DNA of 64,000 nucleotides from an uncultured Bacilli bacterium (GTDB lineage Bacteria; Bacillota_I; Bacilli_A; RF39; UBA660): NCBI GenBank assembly GCA_947629315.1, contig CANRDB010000001.1, positions 4,829 to 68,828 of the forward strand, read 5' to 3'. Shown piece by piece: positions 38,927 to 49,544 of this stretch (position 1 is its first letter; each line of letters starts with the position of its first letter). The notes under the pieces were generated by a model. It saw only the letters and a program-made list of their open reading frames with translations, ran no database searches and was not told where the DNA came from. The position numbers and the translations under genes were made by a program.

Positions 38927-39346
38927 TTATTGGCAAGTATAACCTTGCTCCTCTAAGTTTTTTTGATAATTGTCATAGGTTAGTCGTGAGAGTTGTAAAT
39001 CAGACATTGTTTCCTCACTCATCTTTTCAATATCATAGGTCACAACCATCGAATAACTCTTCCCATCGACTGTTGTTTTAAAAGTTACTCCTTTTTTATC
39101 GCCGTATTGTTGTTGTAACAATTTTTCTGACAGTTTTTGAGAAGACTGGGCCAACTCTTCACTTTCATAGGTTTGCGAATAAGTCGTTCTCACCTTGACC
39201 ATGACATCGTCTTTATAATCAACTTTATATTTTAAAACCGTACCGTCCTTTTCTACTGATTCACATTCCAATGTTTTATTATTTCCACAACCAGTTGTCA
39301 AAATAATAACACTTAAAATGATAAAACAAAGGATTGTCTCTCTCAT
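38927..39346 (-). CDS. Lipoprotein (DUF1307/YehR-like)
   Basis: MRETILCFIILSVIILTTGCGNN lipobox. RBS GGAGG. Confidence 0.55.
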   Translation of the reverse strand: MRETILCFIILSVIILTTGCGNNKTLECESVEKDGTVLKYKVDYKDDVMVKVRTTYSQTYESEELAQSSQKLSEKLLQQQYGDKKGVTFKTTVDGKSYSMVVTYDIEKMSEETMSDLQLSRLTYDNYQKNLEEQGYTCQ

Positions 39347-39579
39347 CTTCACGCCTCCTCTATTCTTATTAAGAGTATCATAAATTCCATAAAATATCAA
39401 TTATTCCTATTTCTTTTTTCATTATTTTTCTGCTAAAATTTTCTCATCCTTGAAATCTTATCACTAAAATCTTTGAAAAAGCATTTTGGAAGAATTTTCT
39501 CTTTGAAACTTTCTCGGAATCCAAAATTATTATTGTATTATTACATAAAATATTATAAAATAATCTCGGTGAGAAAAAT

Positions 39580-40512
39580 ATGGAATCAAAAGAAAAAGAA
39601 ATGGAAAAAATCTCTGCAAAAGAAGAAAAAGAAAAAAAGAAACCAAAAAAGAAAAAAAGAAAATGGAAATTAACTAAGCAAGATAAAAAGTTAATTGCTT
39701 TTAGTATTTTACTAATTGGAATTTTTCTTTGCGTTGATTCCTCTATTCATTTATATACTTGGTACAAAGATTCCAAAGAAATTCAAAATCTTACTGAAGA
39801 AATTAACGACAATGTCACCATCGAAGAAGTGAAGGAGGATACTAATACAAACGATAGTAATTCTCAATCTAACGTAGAAGTTATCGAACCAAAAGAAAAA
39901 CCAAAAACCAATAATCCTTATTGGGATTATATCAAAATGTCCCTTATCGATGTTGATTTTTCCAAATTAGAGAAAACTAACTCAGATGTTGTTGGATGGA
40001 TTCAAGTAAACGGAACAAACATCAATTATCCCTTTGTTCAAACAAATGATAACGAATATTATTTGACACATTCTTTTAATAAATCTCGAAATAGTGCGGG
40101 ATGGGTATTCTTAGATTATCGAAACGATATCACTACTTTGGATCAAAATAATATCTTGTATGCTCATGCACGTCTCGATAATACGATGTTTGGTTCTCTT
40201 AAAAATATTCTAAAAAATAACTGGTATAAAAATACCGATAATCATATTATTAAGTTATCTACCAAATATCAAAATACATTGTGGCAAGTCTTTAGTATCT
40301 ACCATATTCCTACTACAAATGATTACTTAACAATCGATTTTAGTAGTGAAGAAGAATTCAAAAAATTTGCGAGCATGCTTCAAAAACGAAGTAAATATAA
40401 GTTCGATACGACAGTTAGTGGAACTGATAAAATCTTAACATTATCCACTTGTTACAGTAATAATGAAAAATTAGTCATTCATGCCAAACTTATTAAAATT
40501 CAAAATAAATAA
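39580..40512 (+). CDS. srtB: Class B sortase with a Lys-rich N-terminal extension
   Basis: TLSTCYS active-site motif near the C-terminus, an upstream His (YAHARLD) and an N-terminal TM segment. Confidence 0.7.
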   Translation: MESKEKEMEKISAKEEKEKKKPKKKKRKWKLTKQDKKLIAFSILLIGIFLCVDSSIHLYTWYKDSKEIQNLTEEINDNVTIEEVKEDTNTNDSNSQSNVEVIEPKEKPKTNNPYWDYIKMSLIDVDFSKLEKTNSDVVGWIQVNGTNINYPFVQTNDNEYYLTHSFNKSRNSAGWVFLDYRNDITTLDQNNILYAHARLDNTMFGSLKNILKNNWYKNTDNHIIKLSTKYQNTLWQVFSIYHIPTTNDYLTIDFSSEEEFKKFASMLQKRSKYKFDTTVSGTDKILTLSTCYSNNEKLVIHAKLIKIQNK

Positions 40513-40543
40513 AAGGTATTCCCAATAAAATGGAATACCTTTT

Positions 40544-41194
40544 TTAATCGGTTAACCAAACACAATAGAGGGTTTCTTGTACTTTAATATCCTCTGGTGT
40601 AAAAGTATTAGCAATTTGTTGAAAAGCAGAATCGACAGAACCCATTTTAACGTTTCTTTCCATCTTCATAGGAGATAGACAAAGATCCGTCGTAGGCTGA
40701 AAGTCTACTTTTCGACAATCCTTTAATTGTTTTTGAGATGCTTCGGCAATCGCTAAAGCTTGTTCATAAGCATCCTGATAAGCCTTTTTCAAAACTTGTT
40801 TTTTTACTTTTTTTTCTTCCTTCACTCCAAAATGAACTTGATAAGCAGGAGGAGTCTCTAGTTTTGAGATTTCTTCCATCAACCGCGCTAAAAGTTCTTT
40901 ATCATAATCAAACTTTAAAAGAGCATACTGATTATACTGATAGCCATGTTTTTCATAACTTCTCGTCTGTTCATTATATTTTTGATCTTCCCGAATAACA
41001 AAACTACTAGTTTTTAAATCTTCCACAGTAAATTGATGAGGGAGGAGAATCTCTTTTACAAAAGTATCTACACTCTCTACCCCTTTTCGTAATACATCCT
41101 CATAACGATTATCAGTTGCGACAAACGTTAACGCTAAACGAACTTCATTTGGTTTTACAAACGAACTTCCTGTTCCTTGTACATAAATTTCCAT
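40544..41194 (-). CDS. SIMPL/DUF541 domain protein
   Basis: 216 aa with a SIMPL-like pattern (from memory). Confidence 0.45.
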   Translation of the reverse strand: MEIYVQGTGSSFVKPNEVRLALTFVATDNRYEDVLRKGVESVDTFVKEILLPHQFTVEDLKTSSFVIREDQKYNEQTRSYEKHGYQYNQYALLKFDYDKELLARLMEEISKLETPPAYQVHFGVKEEKKVKKQVLKKAYQDAYEQALAIAEASQKQLKDCRKVDFQPTTDLCLSPMKMERNVKMGSVDSAFQQIANTFTPEDIKVQETLYCVWLTD

Positions 41195-41206
41195 ATCTAT
41201 CGCTCC

Positions 41207-42493
41207 TTATTTCTTTGGTATAATAACTTCTTTACCACCCATATATGGTTGTAACACTTTTGGAATCTTCACACTTCCATCGGCTTGATAATTATTCTCT
41301 AACAAAGCAATTAAGGCTCTAGTAGAAGCTAATACCGTATTATTGAGAGTATGTAAATAATAGTTTCCTTTTTCACTCTTCGCACGAATACCTAATCTTC
41401 TTGCTTGAGCATCTGTTAAATTAGAGCAAGAACCAACTTCAAAGAACTTCTGTTGGCGAGGACTCCATGCTTCAATATCACATGATTTATATTTTAAATC
41501 CGCTAAATCCCCACTACAACATTCTAATTGTCTAACAGGAATATCTAAACTTCTAAATAATTCCACAGTAAATTGCCACATTTTTTCATACCATTCTTCA
41601 GAATCTTCTGGTTCACAGATGACAATCATTTCCTGCTTCTCAAATTGATGAACACGATAAATTCCTCTTTCTTCAATACCATGTGCTCCCACCTCTTTAC
41701 GGAAACAAGGAGAATAAGATGTCATCGTAATTGGTAAAGTTTCTTTCTTAATAATTTGATCTTTAAATTTACCAATCATAGAGTGTTCAGAAGTTCCAAT
41801 TAAATATAAATCTTCCCCTTCTATTTTGTACATCATAGCATCCATTTCCGCAAAAGACATCACTCCTGTTACGACATCACTTCTAATCATGAATGGTGGA
41901 ATGCAATACGTAAATCCTTTCTCAATCATAAAGTCACGAGCATAGGCAAGCATCGCACTAGATAGTCTAGCAGCATCTCCCATCAAATAATAAAAGCCAT
42001 TTCCAGAGGTTCTACTACTAGCTTCCTTATCTAATCCATTAAAACTTTCCAAAATATCCGCATGATAAGGAATCTCATAATCAGGAACAATCGCCTCTCC
42101 AAAACGTTTTAATTCCACATTTTCTGAATCGTCTTTACCGACAGGAACATCATCTGCAATGATATTAGGAATCACCATCATCTTCTCTTTAATCATTTGA
42201 CTTAATTCTTCTTCCCTAGATGTTAAAGTACTAATTTCAGATGACATTTCCGTAACTTTCTCCTTAATCGTCATCGCTTCTTCTTTTTTACCCTCCCTCA
42301 TAAGGGCGCCAATTTGGTCACTGAAACGATTCTTTTCAGCTCGTGCTTCATCCATCTTTTGTTTCGTCTCACGATATTCTTTATCCAAATCGTAAATTTC
42401 ATCGACAAGTCCCAATTTTTGCTCTTGAAACTTCTTGCGAATATTCTCTTTGACTAATTCTTTATTTTCTCTAATCAATTTAATATCTATCAT
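41207..42493 (-). CDS. serS: Seryl-tRNA synthetase
   Basis: Start MIDIKLIRENKEL with RBS AAAGGTGAT. N-terminal coiled-coil and class-II motifs (FRKEVGAHG…GIYRVHQFEKQE). Confidence 0.9.
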   Translation of the reverse strand: MIDIKLIRENKELVKENIRKKFQEQKLGLVDEIYDLDKEYRETKQKMDEARAEKNRFSDQIGALMREGKKEEAMTIKEKVTEMSSEISTLTSREEELSQMIKEKMMVIPNIIADDVPVGKDDSENVELKRFGEAIVPDYEIPYHADILESFNGLDKEASSRTSGNGFYYLMGDAARLSSAMLAYARDFMIEKGFTYCIPPFMIRSDVVTGVMSFAEMDAMMYKIEGEDLYLIGTSEHSMIGKFKDQIIKKETLPITMTSYSPCFRKEVGAHGIEERGIYRVHQFEKQEMIVICEPEDSEEWYEKMWQFTVELFRSLDIPVRQLECCSGDLADLKYKSCDIEAWSPRQQKFFEVGSCSNLTDAQARRLGIRAKSEKGNYYLHTLNNTVLASTRALIALLENNYQADGSVKIPKVLQPYMGGKEVIIPKK

Positions 42494-42544
42494 ATTATCA
42501 CCTTTCTTTACTATCATGAAATGATTATAAAATGAGAACTTAAA

Positions 42545-42790
42545 ACTAAAAAAGACCAAAGGTATAGGAGTGCATAACACGGTACCATCCTACTTTGGTC
42601 TTAATTTCTTGATAACGGATTTATCCGAAAATGTTTACATTTCTCTCAGAAGTAGATTCATAATCCTCTGATGATTCCCTCACACCAACTGGGAACTCTC
42701 TTCGCATCATCCTATTATTACTAGTCTTCGTCCTCGATTTCTAGAGTTTATTTTATCACGAAAGAATTTCCTTGTCAACAAAAGGCTCGC
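42545..42790 (-). promoter_or_regulatory. T-box riboswitch leader of serS (promoter TTGACA-17-TAAAAT, T-box, terminator)
   Basis: Minus strand reads AAAGUAGGAUGGUACCGUG (T-box consensus AAnnnGGGUGGUACCGCG). This overlaps the 5' arm of the terminator AGACCAAAG…CUUUGGUCU + U6 (42554-42601). A TCC serine specifier candidate lies upstream. Confidence 0.6.
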
Positions 42791-42819
42791 CCTATTTACC
42801 TTTGAAAGGGATTTCTTTT

Positions 42820-43704
42820 TTATTCACTTTCTTCCGGTTCAATATGAATTTGAATATATTGAATCGAATGACTAAATTTCTTAATCTTGGTTTCTAAAAT
42901 GTCAGCGATATCATGCGATTTTCTAAGGGAGGTATTTCCTTTCATCGTAATGATAAGATTCAAAGTAGATACCGAACCATAACGCATCAAAATGACATCT
43001 TTCACGTTGACAACACCATGTTGTTTCGCAATCAATTGTCTTAATCGATTTAAATAATCTTCATTCGTTTCTCTTTGCCCGAGAAGAGTACTGATATTTT
43101 CTCTCATAATACCAATTCCTACCCCGAAAATAAAGAGTCCAATGAGAATGGCTGCTGCTTTTTCAGCATAGAGGAGAATAGGAAATTGATCACTAAATTG
43201 AATTAGGATAGAAGAAAATAATACGACAATCGAACTAACGACATCTGTCCTACTCTCTTTTCCACTAGATAATAAGATAGCATTTTTATATTGCTTTCCC
43301 TTACGAATAATGTAACTAGATAAAAAATATTTAGCAAAGATTGTAAGCAAGGAAACTACAATCACTATCGCACTGGATACCTGTGCTTTACTAAGGAGAG
43401 AATTATAAATCACTCCAACACCCACACCAAGAATCATGACACTAATCCCTAAACTTGTTAGATATTCTGCGTTTCCATGGCCAAAAGGATGTTCCAAATC
43501 CGCCGGTTTTTGAGAAATATGACTACCAATAATTGCAAAAAAATCTGTCACTAAATCACTAAAAGAGTGAATTCCATCAGCAATTAAAGCCGTAGAGGTA
43601 AAGACAATTCCCGATACAATTTTAGAAATCGCTAAAAGAATATTGGTAACAACACTAACCGTCATTACCCTACTCACTTTATGCTCTTTTGTTTTCATTT
43701 CCAT
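42820..43704 (-). CDS. Cation diffusion facilitator family transporter
   Basis: Six TM segments plus a cytoplasmic C-terminal domain, with CDF signature residues (HSFSDLVTD). Confidence 0.75.
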   Translation of the reverse strand: MEMKTKEHKVSRVMTVSVVTNILLAISKIVSGIVFTSTALIADGIHSFSDLVTDFFAIIGSHISQKPADLEHPFGHGNAEYLTSLGISVMILGVGVGVIYNSLLSKAQVSSAIVIVVSLLTIFAKYFLSSYIIRKGKQYKNAILLSSGKESRTDVVSSIVVLFSSILIQFSDQFPILLYAEKAAAILIGLFIFGVGIGIMRENISTLLGQRETNEDYLNRLRQLIAKQHGVVNVKDVILMRYGSVSTLNLIITMKGNTSLRKSHDIADILETKIKKFSHSIQYIQIHIEPEESE

Positions 43705-43711
43705 AAGTCAC

Positions 43712-46291
43712 CTATTTTGCTTGATACCAATCGCTACCGTACTCGACATCCACTTTTAAAGGTACTTCTAATTCCATTACCTGTTCCATACAATCGACTA
43801 CAATTTGTTTTACTTTTTCAAATTCACTTTCTAGGCAATCGAAAACGAGTTCGTCGTGAACTTGAACAATCATCTTAGACTGAATATGTTCTCTTCGAAA
43901 AGCAGCATCAATATCAATCATTGCTTTTTTGATAATATCCGCACTCGTTCCCTGAATAGGAGTATTTAGAGCCATCCGCTCTGCTCCCTGTCGAATCATA
44001 TAATTTTTATTCTCTAATTCTGGAATCGTTCTTTTACGGTGAAACATCGTTCGCACATAGCCATTCTGATGAGCAGACTGAATTGTCTCATCCATATAGG
44101 TTTGAACACCTGGATAAGTACCCATATAGTTATCGATAAAGTTTTGAGCCTCTTTAGGAGTTACTCCAATATTTTCCGATAATCCATAACTACTAATTCC
44201 ATAGATGATTCCAAAATTCACTGCTTTAGCGACTCTTCGCATATCTTTTGTAACTTCCTGTTCCCCTACTTTAAAAATATCACTAGCCGTCTTACTATGA
44301 ATGTCTGCTCCTTCTTGGAAAGCTTGAATCAATTGTGGAATATGCGCTACATGGGCCAAGATACGAAGTTCAATCTGCGAATAATCACTACTTACAATAA
44401 GAGAATTAGGACTAGGCACAAAAGCCTTACGAATGAGTTTTCCATATTCATGACGAATCGGTATGTTTTGAAGATTTGGTTCAATGGAAGAAAGTCTTCC
44501 AGTACGAGTTAACGTCTGCGTATAAATCGTATGGATTTTTCCATCGTCCATAATCATGTCGATTAATCCTTCAATGTAAGTGGTATACAATTTTGTCAGC
44601 ATGCGATATTCTAAAATTTCTGGAATAATAGGATGTTTATCCTTTAATTTTTCGAGAACATCAGCAGCGGTTGAATATCCATTTTTTCCTTTCTTTCCAT
44701 GTGGAAGATTCAGTTTTTCAAACAATACTTCCCCTAATTGTACAGGAGAGGAGATGTTAAATTCTTCACCAGCATAGTTATAAATCGTATTTTTAGTAAG
44801 ATCGATTTTAATTTGAATTTCTTCTCCCATCTCTTGTAATGTTTTTTTATTCACACAGATACCATTATATTCCATAGTTGCTAAAACGTTTGATAAAGGC
44901 ATCTCGATTTCATAAAATAAATTTAATAATTCTTCTTGTTTCAAAGCTTCTAACAATTGCTTTTTTGTCTCATAAATAAATTTCGCTTTCGCAATACAAG
45001 CCCGTTCTATCTTTTCTTCTTCATACCCTTTTTTCTTATCGTAAAGTTCTTCTTTAAAGGGAATAGAATACCCTAGTTCATTTGCTAGATAAGCAATATC
45101 TTCCTTTTGATTATATTCCAAAAGATAAGAAGCAATCATCGTATCATATTCTACTTGATCAATATCAATACCATGCCACTTTAAGGCAACCGTTACTCTT
45201 TTCGCATCATAAGTATCTTTTTTTGCTTTCGTTAAAAAGAGAGGCTTTTCTTTCAAGATAGAATAAGGAACAAAATACCCTTTCTTTCCATCATAAACTC
45301 CCATACCAAGAAGATCAGTATGGTGATAATTGGAGTCCGTAGTCCCTAGATAAATCGCACACTCTGTAATGGTATCTAAGATACTTCCATCTGTCACTAC
45401 CTCATAAGAAATATCCTCTTGAATAGTTTTTGGCTCTCTTTTTTTCAAGAACGAATAAAACTCTAAATCCTCATATAAAGCATTCAATTTCTCAGTATCC
45501 TCTGGACGATAGAGAATATCATCCATATGAATTTCTAAAGGAACATTCCTTTCAATGGTAGCAATTTCATAACTCATGTATGCATCTTCTTTACCAGCCA
45601 CCAATTTATCATGCGTAGCTCCTTTCATTTCATCAATATGTTGATAGAGATTATCCAAAGTACCATACTCCACTAATAATTTTAGAGCAGTCTTCTCACC
45701 AATTCCTTTTACTCCCGGAATATTGTCAGAAGCATCTCCCATCAATGCTTTTAAATCAATCATACGAATGGGTTCAATGCCATACGCTTCTTGAAAGGTC
45801 TTTGGATTATAACGAATATAATCCTTTTGTTTTAACAATTTAATATCGACTTGATTCGATAACAATTGTAGTAAGTCTTTGTCACTACTAATGATTGTTC
45901 CTACATAATTGGGATCCTCATCACAAATACGTGCGAATGTTCCTATAATATCATCTGCTTCATAGTTATCTATTTCATAATACTGAATTCCCATATATCC
46001 AAGCATTTCTTTGGCAATGGGAAATTGTACTTTCAATTCTTCAGGAGTTTCTATTCTCCCTCCTTTATAGAAATCGTACTTAGCATGTCGAAAGGTTTTC
46101 CCTTTATCAAACGCAACAAGAATTCTAGTTGGCTGTTCTTCCTCAATAATCTTATTCATCATATTGGTAAAACCAAATAAGGCATTCGTTGGAAATCCCT
46201 TACTATTCTTCATAAAATTTCCATTATAAGCCGTCGCATAGTAACTTCTAAATAACAAGTTATTTCCGTCTACTAATATAATTTTCTCCAC
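43712..46291 (-). CDS. polA: DNA polymerase I
   Basis: 859 aa with a 5'-3' exonuclease N-terminus, Klenow-like polymerase motifs (RRVAKAVNFGIIYG, VHDELVFD). Confidence 0.9.
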   Translation of the reverse strand: MEKIILVDGNNLLFRSYYATAYNGNFMKNSKGFPTNALFGFTNMMNKIIEEEQPTRILVAFDKGKTFRHAKYDFYKGGRIETPEELKVQFPIAKEMLGYMGIQYYEIDNYEADDIIGTFARICDEDPNYVGTIISSDKDLLQLLSNQVDIKLLKQKDYIRYNPKTFQEAYGIEPIRMIDLKALMGDASDNIPGVKGIGEKTALKLLVEYGTLDNLYQHIDEMKGATHDKLVAGKEDAYMSYEIATIERNVPLEIHMDDILYRPEDTEKLNALYEDLEFYSFLKKREPKTIQEDISYEVVTDGSILDTITECAIYLGTTDSNYHHTDLLGMGVYDGKKGYFVPYSILKEKPLFLTKAKKDTYDAKRVTVALKWHGIDIDQVEYDTMIASYLLEYNQKEDIAYLANELGYSIPFKEELYDKKKGYEEEKIERACIAKAKFIYETKKQLLEALKQEELLNLFYEIEMPLSNVLATMEYNGICVNKKTLQEMGEEIQIKIDLTKNTIYNYAGEEFNISSPVQLGEVLFEKLNLPHGKKGKNGYSTAADVLEKLKDKHPIIPEILEYRMLTKLYTTYIEGLIDMIMDDGKIHTIYTQTLTRTGRLSSIEPNLQNIPIRHEYGKLIRKAFVPSPNSLIVSSDYSQIELRILAHVAHIPQLIQAFQEGADIHSKTASDIFKVGEQEVTKDMRRVAKAVNFGIIYGISSYGLSENIGVTPKEAQNFIDNYMGTYPGVQTYMDETIQSAHQNGYVRTMFHRKRTIPELENKNYMIRQGAERMALNTPIQGTSADIIKKAMIDIDAAFRREHIQSKMIVQVHDELVFDCLESEFEKVKQIVVDCMEQVMELEVPLKVDVEYGSDWYQAK

Positions 46292-46496
46292 TATATATTC
46301 ACCTTCTTATGTCCTATTATACCATAAATGATGAATTCCTACTTATCTATTTGGCAATAAGACTAAAAGTCATTATTTTACAAAAAAAAGTAGCGCTTTC
46401 CCTATCGGATATGTCTACTCTTTTGGTTTTTCTAAACTTTCTACTAACTATTTATAAATTCATTCTACCATTTTTATGATTAACAATAAAATTTTT

Positions 46497-47177
46497 TTAC
46501 TGAATATGATACTTTCTCTTACAAACACAGTCTTTTATCTTATGAAATCCAAACCATTCAAAAGATTCTCTACGGTGAATACGATAAGTTCCTTTACTCA
46601 AGGAAACGAGAGAAATTTTACAAGCAACATCTTTTCCTGGGCTAGAAATAAAATAAGATAATAAAACTTGGGCATCTCTTTTTAAAATGGAAGACAGTTT
46701 CGTCATGACATAAAAAGAAAAAGGGTCCTCCATTTCTTTTTCTAATTTCAAATTACATAAAAATAGAAAATCATAAGTATGAGAAATTTGATGGATTTGA
46801 AATAAATCTACATAAAAATAATGATATTTCACCTGTTCTATTCTTTTTACCGTTTCTTGATATTGTTCTTCTGTTTTTAGATACTCATTTCGAGTAATAA
46901 TTGTCCTTTGACTGACATTGGTTTCTAAAATTTTAGAATGGATTAATTTTTTCCCATCATAGTCAAAGTCTTCATAAATCATATCCCAATAAAGGGAACA
47001 ATCTTCTGGTAAAAATGGTTTTATTCGCAAATATGTTTTATAAGAGAAAACACCTTGATTCTCACTATGTGTTTTTTTAGTATGATCAATAAAAAAATTC
47101 AAAAATTCTTGATAAGTAAGAACCTTTAAGGCTCCTAATTTTAATTCTACCATATATTGTTGGATTTTTCGTTTCAT
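46497..47177 (-). CDS. Hypothetical protein
   Basis: ORF only. Confidence 0.3.
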   Translation of the reverse strand: MKRKIQQYMVELKLGALKVLTYQEFLNFFIDHTKKTHSENQGVFSYKTYLRIKPFLPEDCSLYWDMIYEDFDYDGKKLIHSKILETNVSQRTIITRNEYLKTEEQYQETVKRIEQVKYHYFYVDLFQIHQISHTYDFLFLCNLKLEKEMEDPFSFYVMTKLSSILKRDAQVLLSYFISSPGKDVACKISLVSLSKGTYRIHRRESFEWFGFHKIKDCVCKRKYHIQ

Positions 47178-47210
47178 GATATAATAGGTTTACATTAGGA
47201 GGACATAGAT

Positions 47211-48680
47211 ATGTATCGTAATCAAAAAATATTAATCGGAGTTGGAAAACAAGAACTCGCAATTTTACCAAATATGGCTAATCGTCATGGACTCATTACG
47301 GGAGCTTCTGGTAGTGGAAAAACCATTACCCTAAAAGTAATGGCAGAAAGTTTTTCTAGTGCAGGCATACCGGTTGTATTAGCCGATATCAAAGGAGATT
47401 TAGCAGGAATGCCTTTTCCAGGTGCTTCCAATGACAAAATAGAAGAACGGCTTCAAACCCTAGCCATTTCTGACTTTACCTTTGAAAACTTCCCTACTCA
47501 TTTTTGGGATGTCTATGGAGAATTTGGGCATCCTATTCGGACAACCATTGAAAATGTTGGTTCTGACTTATTAGCGCGAATGTTGGGACTAACAGAGGCT
47601 CAAACAGGTGTCTTAACCATCGTCTTTAAGATTGCAAAAGACAATGGTTGGAAATTAATCGATTTAAAAGATTTAAGACTTGTATTACAGTATGTGGGTG
47701 ATAACCGCAGTCAATATACCTTAGAATATGGTAATGTCTCTCTACAAAGTATTGGAACGATTCAACGGAATTTACTCGTGTTAGAGGAACAAGGAGGAGA
47801 TTTCTTCTTTGGAGAACCCAGTATTTCCATCAAAGATTTTATTCGGTTCGATCCAACTGATGGTCGTGGTTTTATCAATGTCATTCATGCCGTAAAATTA
47901 TTTCAAAAGCCAAATCTCTATGCTACTTTTCTCCTCTGGCTGTTAACCGATTTATACAATACTCTTCCAGAAGTGGGAGATATCGCGAAACCTAAAATTG
48001 TTTTCTTCTTTGATGAAGCCCATCTTCTCTTTGAAGAAATGCCAGATTATATGATTAAAAAAGTGACACAAATCGTCAAACTGATTCGTTCAAAAGGAAT
48101 TGGTCTTTACTTTATTTCACAAAGTCCAAAAGATATTCCAGAAGAGGTTCTACCACAGTTAGGGAATCGTATTCAACATGCTTTAAGAGCCTATACTCCA
48201 GCAGAACAAAAAGTGATTAAAGCAGCCGCTAGTTCTTTCCGAGAAAATCCAGAAATCAATACGGAAGAAGCCATCATGTCTTTAGGAACAGGAGAAGCTT
48301 TAATCTCTTTCTTAAACGAAGAGGGAGAACCCAATATGGTAGAAGAAGCAACCATTCTTCCACCACAAAGTAGAATGGGAACCATTACAGAAGAAGAACG
48401 CCATTCCATTCTTGATAAAAGCCTCTTTAAAGGAAAATATGATACCAAGATAGACAATGAATCTGCCTATGAAAATTTAAAAATAGTCATAGAGGAAAAA
48501 CAGAAAGCGGAAGCACTCGCCTTAGAACAAAAACAAAAAGAAAAAGAAGAAAAGGCAAAAGCAAAAGAGAAAAAAAAGAAATCCAAAGCGGAAAAAGCAG
48601 CTGATAAAGTCACCAATTCGGCTATGAATACTTTAGGAAGAAAAATTGGCAATTCCCTATTCAAAGGACTATTTAAATAA
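47211..48680 (+). CDS. HerA/FtsK-like P-loop ATPase (DUF853-like) with a Lys-rich C-terminal tail
   Basis: GLITGASGSGKT Walker A and FFFDEAHLLF Walker B/DEAH. RBS aggagg. Confidence 0.55.
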   Translation: MYRNQKILIGVGKQELAILPNMANRHGLITGASGSGKTITLKVMAESFSSAGIPVVLADIKGDLAGMPFPGASNDKIEERLQTLAISDFTFENFPTHFWDVYGEFGHPIRTTIENVGSDLLARMLGLTEAQTGVLTIVFKIAKDNGWKLIDLKDLRLVLQYVGDNRSQYTLEYGNVSLQSIGTIQRNLLVLEEQGGDFFFGEPSISIKDFIRFDPTDGRGFINVIHAVKLFQKPNLYATFLLWLLTDLYNTLPEVGDIAKPKIVFFFDEAHLLFEEMPDYMIKKVTQIVKLIRSKGIGLYFISQSPKDIPEEVLPQLGNRIQHALRAYTPAEQKVIKAAASSFRENPEINTEEAIMSLGTGEALISFLNEEGEPNMVEEATILPPQSRMGTITEEERHSILDKSLFKGKYDTKIDNESAYENLKIVIEEKQKAEALALEQKQKEKEEKAKAKEKKKKSKAEKAADKVTNSAMNTLGRKIGNSLFKGLFK

Positions 48681-48916
48681 CCATAAAAGAAAAGTCCACA
48701 AAATACAAGTAAGAGGAATTACTAAAAGAAACTTTCCTTTTCGATTCTTATGGTGAAAATAAAACATCGCAAATAGAGCACCAAAACTTCCCCCTATCCA
48801 AGCACTGCCAAGAAGATAGCGTTCGGGAATACGGTACTCTTTTTTCTTACTCTTCTGCTTATCTACTCCAAAAAGAAAAAAACTGACTATATTCATTACG
48901 AAAAAATAATAAAGCA
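48669..48916 (-). CDS. DUF1294-like small membrane protein
   Basis: MLYYFFVMNIVSFFLFGVDKQKSKKKEYRIPE…; RBS GGGAGGAAGG. Confidence 0.5.
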
Positions 48917-48974
48917 TATGCCTTCCTCCCTTGAATTTCCTTATTCTATAAGGTATAATGAAGTTGGTGGTTGT

Positions 48975-49544
48975 ATGAAAATGATTGATTTTATGACAAA
49001 AACAGAATATATGCCGTCTAATCAAGAGAAACAAGATATCAAAATGGCACTGATTCTCCCTGATGGAACCATATTATTAGCAGACAAATCTCATGATGAC
49101 AAACCCATGAGGAATTATGGGGTAACTGGTCCTAGAAAGACGGTAGAAGTACATGTGGATTATGTTAGAATTCTCTGTGAACACTTTTTTCGCGATGATC
49201 AAGAATTATTAGAATACGCAAATCAAGAAAATTTTTATGCAGTCATTATGCACTGGATTCAACAGGGAATTGTCCTATTTAACAATAGTACTACTTACGA
49301 AGGACCAACGTTTATTCTGCATGGAAAACACGGGCAATTACTCATTCCAGATGATATCATCACCGAAGAACAAATCGAATCTTTATCATCCTTACAACCT
49401 TTCATAGATTATTTCCGAGATATTGAAGTAAAAAAGTTTACAACACAGGAACCAAATATTCATGCTGCTACAGAATTCTGTAGTGGAAATGAAGCAATAC
49501 CAACCTATTTAAAAGAAAAAGTCGGTCATGCGAAAACTTCCTAA
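48975..49544 (+). CDS. Hypothetical protein
   Basis: ORF with RBS ggtgg before MKMIDF. Confidence 0.3.
   Translation: MKMIDFMTKTEYMPSNQEKQDIKMALILPDGTILLADKSHDDKPMRNYGVTGPRKTVEVHVDYVRILCEHFFRDDQELLEYANQENFYAVIMHWIQQGIVLFNNSTTYEGPTFILHGKHGQLLIPDDIITEEQIESLSSLQPFIDYFRDIEVKKFTTQEPNIHAATEFCSGNEAIPTYLKEKVGHAKTS

Noticed and set aside
39473-39673. ORF 39473..39673 (+), Lys-rich
   Set aside because: It is an A-rich low-complexity alternate frame that overlaps the sortase gene's own Lys-rich N-terminus, and it has no RBS.
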